Positions 28,149 through 37,047 of a stretch of DNA of 51,645 nt are shown piece by piece. Position 1 is the stretch's first letter, and each line of letters starts with the position of its first letter. Source of the DNA: Nitrososphaerales archaeon (lineage in GTDB: Archaea > Thermoproteota > Nitrososphaeria > Nitrososphaerales > Nitrososphaeraceae); NCBI GenBank assembly GCA_025451315.1, contig JANWKP010000081.1, forward strand, positions 1 to 51,645, in the 5' to 3' direction. The translations under genes and the position numbers were made by a program. The notes below the pieces were generated by a model, which saw only the letters and a program-made list of their open reading frames with translations, was not told the origin of the DNA and ran no database searches.

Positions 28149-29783
28149 TTACTTTTTTTGGTTGTGATCATTTTTATTTACATCATTATTACCAATTTCT
28201 AGATTTTTAGTTTCTTCTTTTCTTTTTTTTCTTTCCATTGGTTCTTTATTCAGAGTTTCAGTCTCGTATCTTTCAAATTCTGGTCTTCGCTTATTTCTTT
28301 CCTCCTTTTGTTGTATTGATATTTCATCTTTTATTTCGTCATGGAGTTTGTTGGAATCTGATGAAAAATCTGATAATGTGTCCCCACCAACATTCATAGT
28401 TCCTACAATGTCGAATCCATCTTTAGAAAGATTAAATTCTAGTATGGAATTATCATGATAGGATCCTCTCATTTTTAATATAGTCATACTTCTTTTCACT
28501 TTAGATTTGGACTCGATATATCGCAAAAGAATGATATTATGAAAGAGTGATGAAATACTTAAATCAACCAGATTCAAGCTGCTCGATGGGGCTGTTCCAA
28601 TTGTTATAATTGCAGTTAAATGGTATTTATGTATTAAACTTACAAGTCTTTTTATTATAACATACATTTCATTTTTGTAGGTGTGTTCAAATGACGTTAA
28701 GCTATCTATTACTATCCGCTTAGGTCTAATATCTGAGATTTGTTTATCTAACCTGTCTAGGAATTCATCCACACTTTGATTCTCGATCAAGGTTGATATT
28801 ACAAAGAGCTCTTTTTCTTTCCAACTATCTAAATCATAGTAAGAAATCCCTGGACATCTTTTTAATTCCTCGTATGTTTCTTCTAATGTACAATATAAAC
28901 TACGTTCTCCATTAATAACTCCATGAATGATAAATTCTAATGCGAATGTTGTCTTTCCTAAACCCGAAGCACCTATAATAATGCTTGCTGTTCCCTCTAG
29001 AAAACCACCTCCTATTTTTTCATCAAGTCTTTTGATTCCAGTTTTAACTCTTTTATAATTACTATAAGGATTCAATTTTATAGATTGTTTAGGAAAGATT
29101 GTCATCCCATCCTCTTTTATAACGCAAATATGCGGTTCTCTATCGATAGATGTAGTTCGCATCTTGATTACTTTTACTATAATAGGGCTAGCATTAGTAT
29201 GACCATGTTCCATTTTTATGATTCCATCTGCAACGAATTCTTCAATTCCTGAACCGATGCTAACGGTTCCTATTGGAACTTCTCCTATAACTAATGTTGT
29301 TACACCTTGTGCCCGAAGCATTTTACCTAAGACTACATGCAATGCTATCCTCGCCTCATTTGGATTTATAAAAGCCTGAAGAATCGCAGAAAATGAATCA
29401 ATAACTATCCTTTCAGCATGGGTTTCTTTGATTGTAGCCAAAACTTCTTCTAATGCATCTTGAATTCCTTCCTGTGTAACAGCTGAAAAATCTAAAAAAG
29501 AAAATCTATTTTGTTTTTGAAATTCCCTGAATTTCATACCAAATCTTTCTGTATTCTTATAAAATGAATAATCTGCTTCAGAAAACGATACATAAAGTCC
29601 ATTTTCGTTTGTAATTAATCCATTATAAAGAAAATGCGAAGTCAGGACTGTCTTGCCAGTACCAGGATTACCTGCAATCAGAATTGTAAAACCTTTAGGA
29701 AATCCGCCCTCTATTAAAGCATCCAGACCTGATATACCAGTAGAAATTCGTTCTACTGCCATAGTGAAGTTTTCTAAAGACAA
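28149..29783 (-). CDS. KaiC-like double-domain RecA-family ATPase
   Basis: Two Walker A motifs (GNPGTGKT, GASGLGKT), two RIVIDS Walker B motifs, KMR arginine fingers, charged C-terminal tail. Confidence 0.92.
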   Translation of the reverse strand: MSLENFTMAVERISTGISGLDALIEGGFPKGFTILIAGNPGTGKTVLTSHFLYNGLITNENGLYVSFSEADYSFYKNTERFGMKFREFQKQNRFSFLDFSAVTQEGIQDALEEVLATIKETHAERIVIDSFSAILQAFINPNEARIALHVVLGKMLRAQGVTTLVIGEVPIGTVSIGSGIEEFVADGIIKMEHGHTNASPIIVKVIKMRTTSIDREPHICVIKEDGMTIFPKQSIKLNPYSNYKRVKTGIKRLDEKIGGGFLEGTASIIIGASGLGKTTFALEFIIHGVINGERSLYCTLEETYEELKRCPGISYYDLDSWKEKELFVISTLIENQSVDEFLDRLDKQISDIRPKRIVIDSLTSFEHTYKNEMYVIIKRLVSLIHKYHLTAIITIGTAPSSSLNLVDLSISSLFHNIILLRYIESKSKVKRSMTILKMRGSYHDNSILEFNLSKDGFDIVGTMNVGGDTLSDFSSDSNKLHDEIKDEISIQQKEERNKRRPEFERYETETLNKEPMERKKRKEETKNLEIGNNDVNKNDHNQKK

Positions 29784-30100
29784 TATTAAAAGTTATTGCA
29801 AACTATCTGAGTATTTGGATTATCCATTGAATTAAATACAGAATGATAATAGAATAAATAAATTTTGAAGATTGGGATTTGCCATATCAATCAATCAAAA
29901 TATCTATTTTTTTCCACTTGAATATTAAGATCTGAATAAAAACTAGTTTTCCAATAAATTGAACTTGCTGTATACTACCATAAAAAAAGGAAATTAAATT
30001 CAGAATTAGTTATTTTTATACATATTTTTTGGAAAGACTATTGATTCTATTTGAATAAAGAACCTTTCGATTTAAATTATCCTTATCAAGAAACAGTAGT

Positions 30101-30427
30101 ATGTCTGAAGAAGCACAACAACAAAATCAGATTACACCACAACAAAATGATGTCCAAATACGAGATGCAATATATATTGGAAAAAAACCATTGATGGCAT
30201 ACGTTACATCAACATTAATACAGTTAGCAAATCAGCCTACAGTAACCATAAAAGCAAGAGGTTTAAGTATTGGCAGAGCAGTTGATGTTTCACAAATTAT
30301 ATTGAAACGAATGGAGAATGCAGGCTACACTATTGGTGATGTAAAGATCGGTTCAGAGACTGTACAATCAGAAGATGGAAGGACAAGAAACGTTTCTACG
30401 ATCGAAATAGTAATCAAGAGAAGCTAG
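30101..30427 (+). CDS. albA: DNA/RNA-binding protein Alba
   Basis: IYIGKKPLMAYV, IKARGLSIGRAVDV, VSTIEI. Confidence 0.96.
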   Translation: MSEEAQQQNQITPQQNDVQIRDAIYIGKKPLMAYVTSTLIQLANQPTVTIKARGLSIGRAVDVSQIILKRMENAGYTIGDVKIGSETVQSEDGRTRNVSTIEIVIKRS

Positions 30428-30556
30428 GTTAGTTAGTTATTTTTTTGAAAACTAACATTAATTTTTGTTATTTTTCCTTTATTCCCATTATTAAAATAAT
30501 TATTAGTATCATCCAGTTTAATCAACACAGAGGTAAGGCTTCGTTCTAGTTGGCTT

Positions 30557-31183
30557 ATGACAAAAATTGCTGCCCTTTATTTAGCTCATCTTAATCCATT
30601 TACGAAAGCTCATCAAGAGATAATACAACTTTTACAGAAAAATTATAGAGTATATGTTTTTCCAGTAAGATTTTTACAAAATGGAAGAGAGATGAATACA
30701 CGCAGTTTTCCATTTCCTTATGAGATTAGAAAATTAATGATAGAATCAGTTTTTCCAAATGACGAAAATGTAATAGTGTCACCTAATTACACATTTTTTG
30801 CTCCTTTCATCAAGTATTGTCCACCAGTCTTTTCTCCCTATTCTTGGAAAATTAGAGAACAGGTCTTAAAGTCAGTTATAGAAAAAAAATTTATATCATA
30901 TACGGGTGACCGAATAGAGAGATATGCTCTAACGATTTATAGATTTAATCCAATCAAAGCCAAAAGACACCCTATATCTGCTACTCAGGTTAAAGAAGAT
31001 ATTTATCAGCAGGCTCTGAATAAAGGAGAAAATTCAAAGAATTCACAGTGGAAAGTTAAAATTCCAAATCCCATAATCAAAATTATTGAAGATAACTGGA
31101 GTATAGTTGAAGAATTTGCAAATAAAAAAGATGAAACTTTAAAAGTAGTCGGGGTAAAATTTCCTAGAAAAGGATTTTTTTGA
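30557..31183 (+). CDS. HIGH-class nucleotidyltransferase (cytidylyltransferase/NMNAT-like)
   Basis: HLNPFTKAH (HIGH-like), PFPYEIR, ISATQVK. Confidence 0.7.
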   Translation: MTKIAALYLAHLNPFTKAHQEIIQLLQKNYRVYVFPVRFLQNGREMNTRSFPFPYEIRKLMIESVFPNDENVIVSPNYTFFAPFIKYCPPVFSPYSWKIREQVLKSVIEKKFISYTGDRIERYALTIYRFNPIKAKRHPISATQVKEDIYQQALNKGENSKNSQWKVKIPNPIIKIIEDNWSIVEEFANKKDETLKVVGVKFPRKGFF

Positions 31184-31235
31184 ATAGAATAACTAGAGAA
31201 AACTTTTATAAATTCTTAAAAATACGTTTCTTAAA

Positions 31236-32159
31236 ATGAAGAACAAGGGAGCAGAATACATTTGGTTTGACGGTAATTTTATTGAATGGGAGAAGGCATT
31301 AATTCCAATAAATACGCATGCATTACACTACGGGACTTCGGTCTTTGAAGGAATTAGAGCCTATAAATCAAACAGCAATTTACATATTTTTAAATTAAAA
31401 GAGCATATGGAAAGACTATTTCGCTCCGCCTCAATATATTCTATTAAAATTAATCATACTATAGATGAATTGATAGATGGGACTGTTCAGTTGTTACGAA
31501 AAGTCAATATGAGGGAATCATGTTATATTAGACCACTTTCATTTGTAGGAGTTCACGGTATAGATCTCAATGTAACATATGAATCTCCAACTCATACCTT
31601 CATTCTTGTATTTCCATTTGCCAGATATTTCAATACCGAAGGCATTAGAGTAGGCGTTTCTTCTTGGAGAAGAATCCACGACTCTTCTACTCCTCCCATA
31701 GCTAAGGCAGGGGGAAATTATCTTAACTCCATTCTGGCAACACAAGAATGCAAAAGAAATGGTTATGATGAAGCTATAATGCTTGATAAAAATGGAAATG
31801 TAAGTGAAGCCCCTGGCGAAAATATTTTCGTTATCAAGAATAAAACTATATTCACTCCTGACATGTCTTCGTCGATTCTAGAAGGGATTACTAGGGACAC
31901 AGTAATTTCACTTGCCAAAGATCTCGGTTATACTATTATTCAAAGACCAATATCTCGTTCAGAACTTTATATTGCGGAAGAGATTTTCTTAACAGGAACA
32001 GCTGCTGAGATCATTGGCGTGATTAGTGTTGATGGAAGAAACATACAAAATGGAAAAGAAGGTAAAATAACTAAAAAAATAAGGGATGCTTACAATGATA
32101 TAGTAACTTGTAATCATACTAATGAGAAATACAAAGGATGGACGACTGAGGTATGGTAA
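31236..32159 (+). CDS. ilvE: Branched-chain amino acid aminotransferase
   Basis: HALHYGTSVFEGIRAY, AKAGGNYLNS, EAPGENIF, ILEGITR, FLTGTAAE. Confidence 0.95.
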   Translation: MKNKGAEYIWFDGNFIEWEKALIPINTHALHYGTSVFEGIRAYKSNSNLHIFKLKEHMERLFRSASIYSIKINHTIDELIDGTVQLLRKVNMRESCYIRPLSFVGVHGIDLNVTYESPTHTFILVFPFARYFNTEGIRVGVSSWRRIHDSSTPPIAKAGGNYLNSILATQECKRNGYDEAIMLDKNGNVSEAPGENIFVIKNKTIFTPDMSSSILEGITRDTVISLAKDLGYTIIQRPISRSELYIAEEIFLTGTAAEIIGVISVDGRNIQNGKEGKITKKIRDAYNDIVTCNHTNEKYKGWTTEVW

Positions 32160-33232
32160 ATGATATTCAAGCTTCCAACAATAAAGATGTAATCGGTAGC
32201 AATGTAATAGAATTAGGAAAAGTAGAAAAAAATACGATTAAAGACAAATCGAGAAGACTAGATAAAAGTGGATTAAAGAATAATAATGATGTAAAAATAG
32301 GCATTATAGGTGTTGGTGGTTGGGGAAAAAATCATTCACGAGTTCTTCATGATTTTGGAGTACTAACATCCATATGCGATATGGATAAAATTAAAGCAAA
32401 AAACCTGGCAACTCGATATAATGTAAATCATTATGGTTCAATAGATGATATGATAGATACCGAAAGTTTAGATGCATGCTTGGTTTGTACTCCAACTAAG
32501 ACACATTACCCAGTTGCCACAAAATTGATGGAAAAAGGAATCAATGTATTCGTTGAAAAACCATTATCATACTCTTCAAAAGAATGCGAAGAAATGATAC
32601 AAATAGCAAAAAAGAATAAAATATCATTGACATGTGGCTATATTGAAAGATTTAACCCTGCCGTCCAAGAAGTAAAAAAAATCCTCTCTGACAACGTGTA
32701 TGGAGAGTTATTAATGATTGAATTTCACCGAGAAAATAGAATGCCTTTACATATCAAGGATGTGGGAATTATATACGATACAGCCGTTCATGATATAGAT
32801 ACAGCAATATACCTTTTTGGGAGTAAACCTAATGTTGTATTTGCGAGAGCAGGCAAGATTTTTCACTCCTTTGAAGATTTTTCTAATATTATTTTAGGGT
32901 TTGGAAAAGATAGAGTAGCAGTAATATCTTCAAACTGGATTACACCAAAAAAGGTCAGAAACTTTAGCGCTGTTTGCACTGATGCAATAATTAATGGTGA
33001 TTTTATCAAACAGGAAATAACTATAGAAGATTCTCTTTGCACAACTACTCCAAGGAGGCAGAATTTAGTTGAACCCCTTTCCCTAGAATTAAGAAATTTT
33101 ATTGAAGTTATTGAAGGGAAAAGAGATCATCCAGAGGTATCTCCAGAAGAAGCTACCAACGTAACCAAGATTGCAGAGGCAGCACTTTTATCTAGTAATA
33201 CAGGAGCTCCTATTTATCTTAATTTAGGATGA
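32153..33232 (+). CDS. Gfo/Idh/MocA oxidoreductase (WbpB/WlbA-like nucleotide-sugar 3-dehydrogenase)
   Basis: GIIGVGGWG, VEKP, GYIERFNPAV, DTAVHDID. Confidence 0.88.
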   Translation: MVNDIQASNNKDVIGSNVIELGKVEKNTIKDKSRRLDKSGLKNNNDVKIGIIGVGGWGKNHSRVLHDFGVLTSICDMDKIKAKNLATRYNVNHYGSIDDMIDTESLDACLVCTPTKTHYPVATKLMEKGINVFVEKPLSYSSKECEEMIQIAKKNKISLTCGYIERFNPAVQEVKKILSDNVYGELLMIEFHRENRMPLHIKDVGIIYDTAVHDIDTAIYLFGSKPNVVFARAGKIFHSFEDFSNIILGFGKDRVAVISSNWITPKKVRNFSAVCTDAIINGDFIKQEITIEDSLCTTTPRRQNLVEPLSLELRNFIEVIEGKRDHPEVSPEEATNVTKIAEAALLSSNTGAPIYLNLG

Positions 33233-33238
33233 TATAAA

Positions 33239-33637
33239 ATGAAAAAATATATGTTGGATATATTGGCTTGCCCCATAGACAAAAACTATCCTTTGGAATT
33301 AATAGAGTTAGCGATAAAAAATCTAGAAAAAGACAATCTAAAAGAGAATGTACATCCAACAAATAATGAGGAGAATAACAATAGCATAAAAAAAATTCAA
33401 AATGATAGCGGACTGAACCATAAGAATAAAATTCATGACAATGAGCAAGTAACAGTAATAATTGATGGAATATTATTTTGTAAAAAATGTTCTCGTTTTT
33501 ATCCTATTATTGATGAGATTCCCATCATGTTACCTGATGAACTACGAGATAAACAAAAAGATCTTCAATTTTTAAAAAAATGGGAAAATTATCTCCCTGA
33601 ACTAATATTAAAAAATTCTAATCCGTGGCATTTATAG
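33239..33637 (+). CDS. trm112: Trm112-family methyltransferase activator with Asn-rich insertion
   Basis: LDILACPIDK.YPLEL ... GILFCKKCSRFYPIIDEIPIMLPDE. Confidence 0.9.
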   Translation: MKKYMLDILACPIDKNYPLELIELAIKNLEKDNLKENVHPTNNEENNNSIKKIQNDSGLNHKNKIHDNEQVTVIIDGILFCKKCSRFYPIIDEIPIMLPDELRDKQKDLQFLKKWENYLPELILKNSNPWHL

Positions 33638-33661
33638 GGTATTCTTTACTGCTATAGAATA

Positions 33662-34252
33662 ATGAAAATTATCCAAAGAAAAGTTAATCAAAAGCAGACT
33701 AAAACAAAGAATAAAAATAAAAAGGATATTAAAAGTAATAATAATATTCTAAACAAAATAAAAATTGCTAAAGTTAATAATTATGTATCCAAGACAGCAA
33801 AAATTGGGAAAAATGTAAAGATATGGCATTTTGCATATGTTGGTGATAATACCATAATAGGAGACAATGTTATGGTGGGATCTCTTTCTCATATAGATTA
33901 TAATGTCAAAATTGGAGATAATACTAGAATTGAGGGCTCTGTTTATATTCCACCTTTAACAGTAATAGGAAACAATGTATTCATTGCCCCTGGAGCTACA
34001 TTTACTAATGATCCATATCCTATGAGCCCAAAAATGATAGGAGTTACGGTCCAAGATGGAGCAATTATAGCTGCAAGAGCAGTAATCAAACCTGGTGTTA
34101 CTATTGGAAAAAATGCTGTCGTTGGTATGGGTGCTGTTGTTACAAAAGATGTGCCCTCTGAAACTGTCGTGATTGGCAATCCTGCCAGGATTAAATACTC
34201 TAGAAAGGAATATGATGAAAAAAAGTCATTATGGGAAGATCCTAACAGCTAG
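33662..34252 (+). CDS. Hexapeptide-repeat acyltransferase (WbpD-like N-acetyltransferase)
   Basis: IGKNVKIWHF, FTNDPYP, GAVVTKDVP...GNPAR. Confidence 0.9.
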   Translation: MKIIQRKVNQKQTKTKNKNKKDIKSNNNILNKIKIAKVNNYVSKTAKIGKNVKIWHFAYVGDNTIIGDNVMVGSLSHIDYNVKIGDNTRIEGSVYIPPLTVIGNNVFIAPGATFTNDPYPMSPKMIGVTVQDGAIIAARAVIKPGVTIGKNAVVGMGAVVTKDVPSETVVIGNPARIKYSRKEYDEKKSLWEDPNS

Positions 34253-34369
34253 ATTAGTATTAACAAGATTAAAACGGAACTTACTAACTAATTAATCTCG
34301 ACAAATATCTTTCTAAAAGAAAAAGAGTATTACAACAATTTTTTTCTTGTTTTTGTTGATTTAATTGTA

Positions 34370-35515
34370 TTAAACCACTTCGCAAAAAGGATTCGCCTTT
34401 ATAATAATCGTTTCTGCACTATTATTTTTTGATAAAGAATGAAAATCTGTTTTAGAGCAGGCAATAGATATAGTAGTCTTATCACTTGGATAATTGTCAA
34501 GTGTATTTTTTCCTCTTCTTTCCACATCTCCTATATAATCTCTTAACCTTGATTCTAACAGTGTATATACATCTATCTTGTCTCCTCTCATCTCGTTAAC
34601 ATCTAAGGTCCAAGAAATTGAAATTTTAGTTTTACTTGCTTTGAGATCTCTTTTTTTGAGAATATATCTTACTTTGTCAATAAGATTTTTAGTGTAACCC
34701 TCTATGCTTTTGATCGTACCGTTAACAAGATAGACAAGAGGATTAGAACCATGTAAAGAAGACTGAATTATTCTTAGGTCATGCAATCCATTTGTAATGT
34801 CATCTAAATAAAGATCTTTGTGAAAATTATCAACAATTCGATTATCTATCCCATACCCAGTTGCAAATTTGCAAACTTCTAGTACACTTGCAATTCCAGA
34901 ATAATGACGTAAGATTCTGGAAACATAAGCCAATTCGGCAGATAAAATATCAACAAAATTGATTTCCTGATTAGTAAATTTTTTTAATATATCCTCTAAA
35001 AAGATATCTCTCTTAGAGTTGAAGTTACCCAAAAGAGTAGTAGTAGAGAGAATAGGACCTGAACTAAGAGGCATATAATAATAATTTAACTTCTCGCCAA
35101 CTGTCATACCTGTTGTGTGTTCTAAAATATCTATATTCTCTTCATTCCCCGCTATCCCCGTTGGAAGCGGATAGACAATAGATGTATTATTATTGATAGG
35201 TTTAATGGCATCGATAAATTTTGAAGATATATCAATTTTAACTTCGTGACCAATCTTTCTTATTTTAGGAAAAAAGAAGAGATACGATGCAGAAGATATT
35301 ACTTTATCCATTGACTCTACTTCAAGTAATGGTTGGTCTTCGATAAGATCCGATGCGTTAGAATATGTTCTAGTAATATCTTTATTTAATAATATTCCCA
35401 TTTTCGAAGATTCATCAATAATTGAGACTTTGTGCCCTGCAGATACAATAGATGAAGCGAAGTTATATCCTTCAGTACTTAATCCATAGACTGCAATATT
35501 TGGAGAAAAGGGCAC
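34370..35515 (-). CDS. Degenerate UDP-glucose/GDP-mannose dehydrogenase-like protein
   Basis: Domain layout retained (IAVYGL N-terminus, SAELAY central helix, KISI...NEMRG C-domain), but GxGxxG and the catalytic GGxC motif are absent. Confidence 0.6.
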   Translation of the reverse strand: MPFSPNIAVYGLSTEGYNFASSIVSAGHKVSIIDESSKMGILLNKDITRTYSNASDLIEDQPLLEVESMDKVISSASYLFFFPKIRKIGHEVKIDISSKFIDAIKPINNNTSIVYPLPTGIAGNEENIDILEHTTGMTVGEKLNYYYMPLSSGPILSTTTLLGNFNSKRDIFLEDILKKFTNQEINFVDILSAELAYVSRILRHYSGIASVLEVCKFATGYGIDNRIVDNFHKDLYLDDITNGLHDLRIIQSSLHGSNPLVYLVNGTIKSIEGYTKNLIDKVRYILKKRDLKASKTKISISWTLDVNEMRGDKIDVYTLLESRLRDYIGDVERRGKNTLDNYPSDKTTISIACSKTDFHSLSKNNSAETIIIKANPFCEVV

Positions 35516-35662
35516 TTTAACAATCAGATATAGAAAAGAGCTCCTTAGTAAAGTTATTCATTTCTTTTAGCTAATAATTATATAGTAAAAAACTCAATTT
35601 TTATTTCATTCATTACAAGGCGCTCGGAAGAACCACACTGACTAAAAAGAAAAGTATATTCA

Positions 35663-36814
35663 GTGATATATTACGTATTTATATTATTGAGAATTTGGTT
35701 TGATATCCTTACTCCAAAGCAAATAATGTTTTTTAAATATTTTGTAGATATGTTGAAAGAAAATGATCATGAAATACTATGTACTGGAAGAGAATATAGA
35801 GAAGCGAAAGAATTAGCAAAAATAAAGAAAATCAACATACAAACAGTAGGTAAACACGGTGGAGATAACAAATATGAAAAATTAAATACAAGCACTGAAA
35901 GGGCATTTCTTCTTTCTAGTTTAATAAATTCCTTCAACCCAGATTTGACTGTCTCTTTTTCTTCTCCGGAAGCATCAAGAGTAGCTTTTGGATTGGGAAT
36001 AAAACATTATATATTTAATGATTCACCACACGCTACTGCAGTTGCTAAACTAACTGTTCCGCTAGCTGATAGGTTATTTTGTCCTTGGATAATACCTTTG
36101 GGAGAATGGACAAAACTTGGTTTAGATAAAAATATGGTAACACAATATAGAGCACTTGACCCTATAGTTTGGTTAAAAAAAGAATTACAATATTATAACA
36201 TCCAAGATATTTCAAAGTTACAAAAGATATTAAAAATTGATAAAGATAAAAAGACTCTACTCATTAGACCTGAAGAAATAAAAGCATCATATATTGCAGA
36301 TAAAAATGTAAAGAGTTCTATAGGCTTAATAGATGAGATAGTTAAAAAATTCTCTCATAAATATAATATTTTAATTCTTGCAAGATATCTTGATCAGGTT
36401 GATTTTTACAAGAGTAGATTTGAAAAAATGGATGGAACAAAAATAATAGAAACTGTTATGGATGGTAATCTATTATTAAGATTTGCAGATCTCTTTATAG
36501 GAGCTGGAGGCACAATGAGCGCTGAAGCAGCATTAATGGGCAAGCCTGTTATTTCAATAACTCCTATAAATTTTTATGTTGAAAAATACCTTATTAAAGT
36601 AGGCTTAATTAAAAAGATAAGAAACTCGGTGACCTTAACTAAATATATAAAAAGTATTCTTTCTGAAGATGGACTAATAAAAAACAAAGATAATACTCTT
36701 AATAATACTAAAAAATTGTTTAACCAGAGCACCGTAAGGGAGACTTCTTTAAAAATTCAATCAGAAATGGAAGATCCCATAGAAATATTCAAAAAATTTC
36801 TCTTTATTCCATAA
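35663..36814 (+). CDS. DUF354-family GT-B fold protein (start probably at LRIWFD)
   Basis: IWFDILTPKQ, VGKHGG, FIGAGGTMSAEAALMGKPVIS. Confidence 0.85.
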   Translation: MIYYVFILLRIWFDILTPKQIMFFKYFVDMLKENDHEILCTGREYREAKELAKIKKINIQTVGKHGGDNKYEKLNTSTERAFLLSSLINSFNPDLTVSFSSPEASRVAFGLGIKHYIFNDSPHATAVAKLTVPLADRLFCPWIIPLGEWTKLGLDKNMVTQYRALDPIVWLKKELQYYNIQDISKLQKILKIDKDKKTLLIRPEEIKASYIADKNVKSSIGLIDEIVKKFSHKYNILILARYLDQVDFYKSRFEKMDGTKIIETVMDGNLLLRFADLFIGAGGTMSAEAALMGKPVISITPINFYVEKYLIKVGLIKKIRNSVTLTKYIKSILSEDGLIKNKDNTLNNTKKLFNQSTVRETSLKIQSEMEDPIEIFKKFLFIP

Positions 36815-36853
36815 CATTATAATTCTAGTGATTTACACGACATTATGCCCGGA

Positions 36854-36949
36854 AGCCCGGTGGAGGAAATATTATTTTCCGCCGAGTGTAGCGGCCAAGC
36901 ATAAAGGCCTTTGGAGCCTTTGACCCCAGTTCGAATCTGGGCCGGGCTA
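36854..36949 (+). tRNA. tRNA-Gln(TTG) with 23-nt intron at position 10/11 (36864..36886)
   Basis: A1-U72 acceptor AGCCCGG/CCGGGCT, AAGGC-CTTTGGA-GCCTT anticodon arm, TTCGAAT T loop. BHB CGGT-GGA-GGAAA/TTTCC-GCCG-AGT. Confidence 0.93.
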
Positions 36950-37047
36950 TAAATTCTTTATTAAATGCAATAGTTAATTATTTTAACTTTCTTATGATGG
37001 AAACAAAAATATATTAGAATTTGAGTTAGGAAATTTTGCCAATTCTA

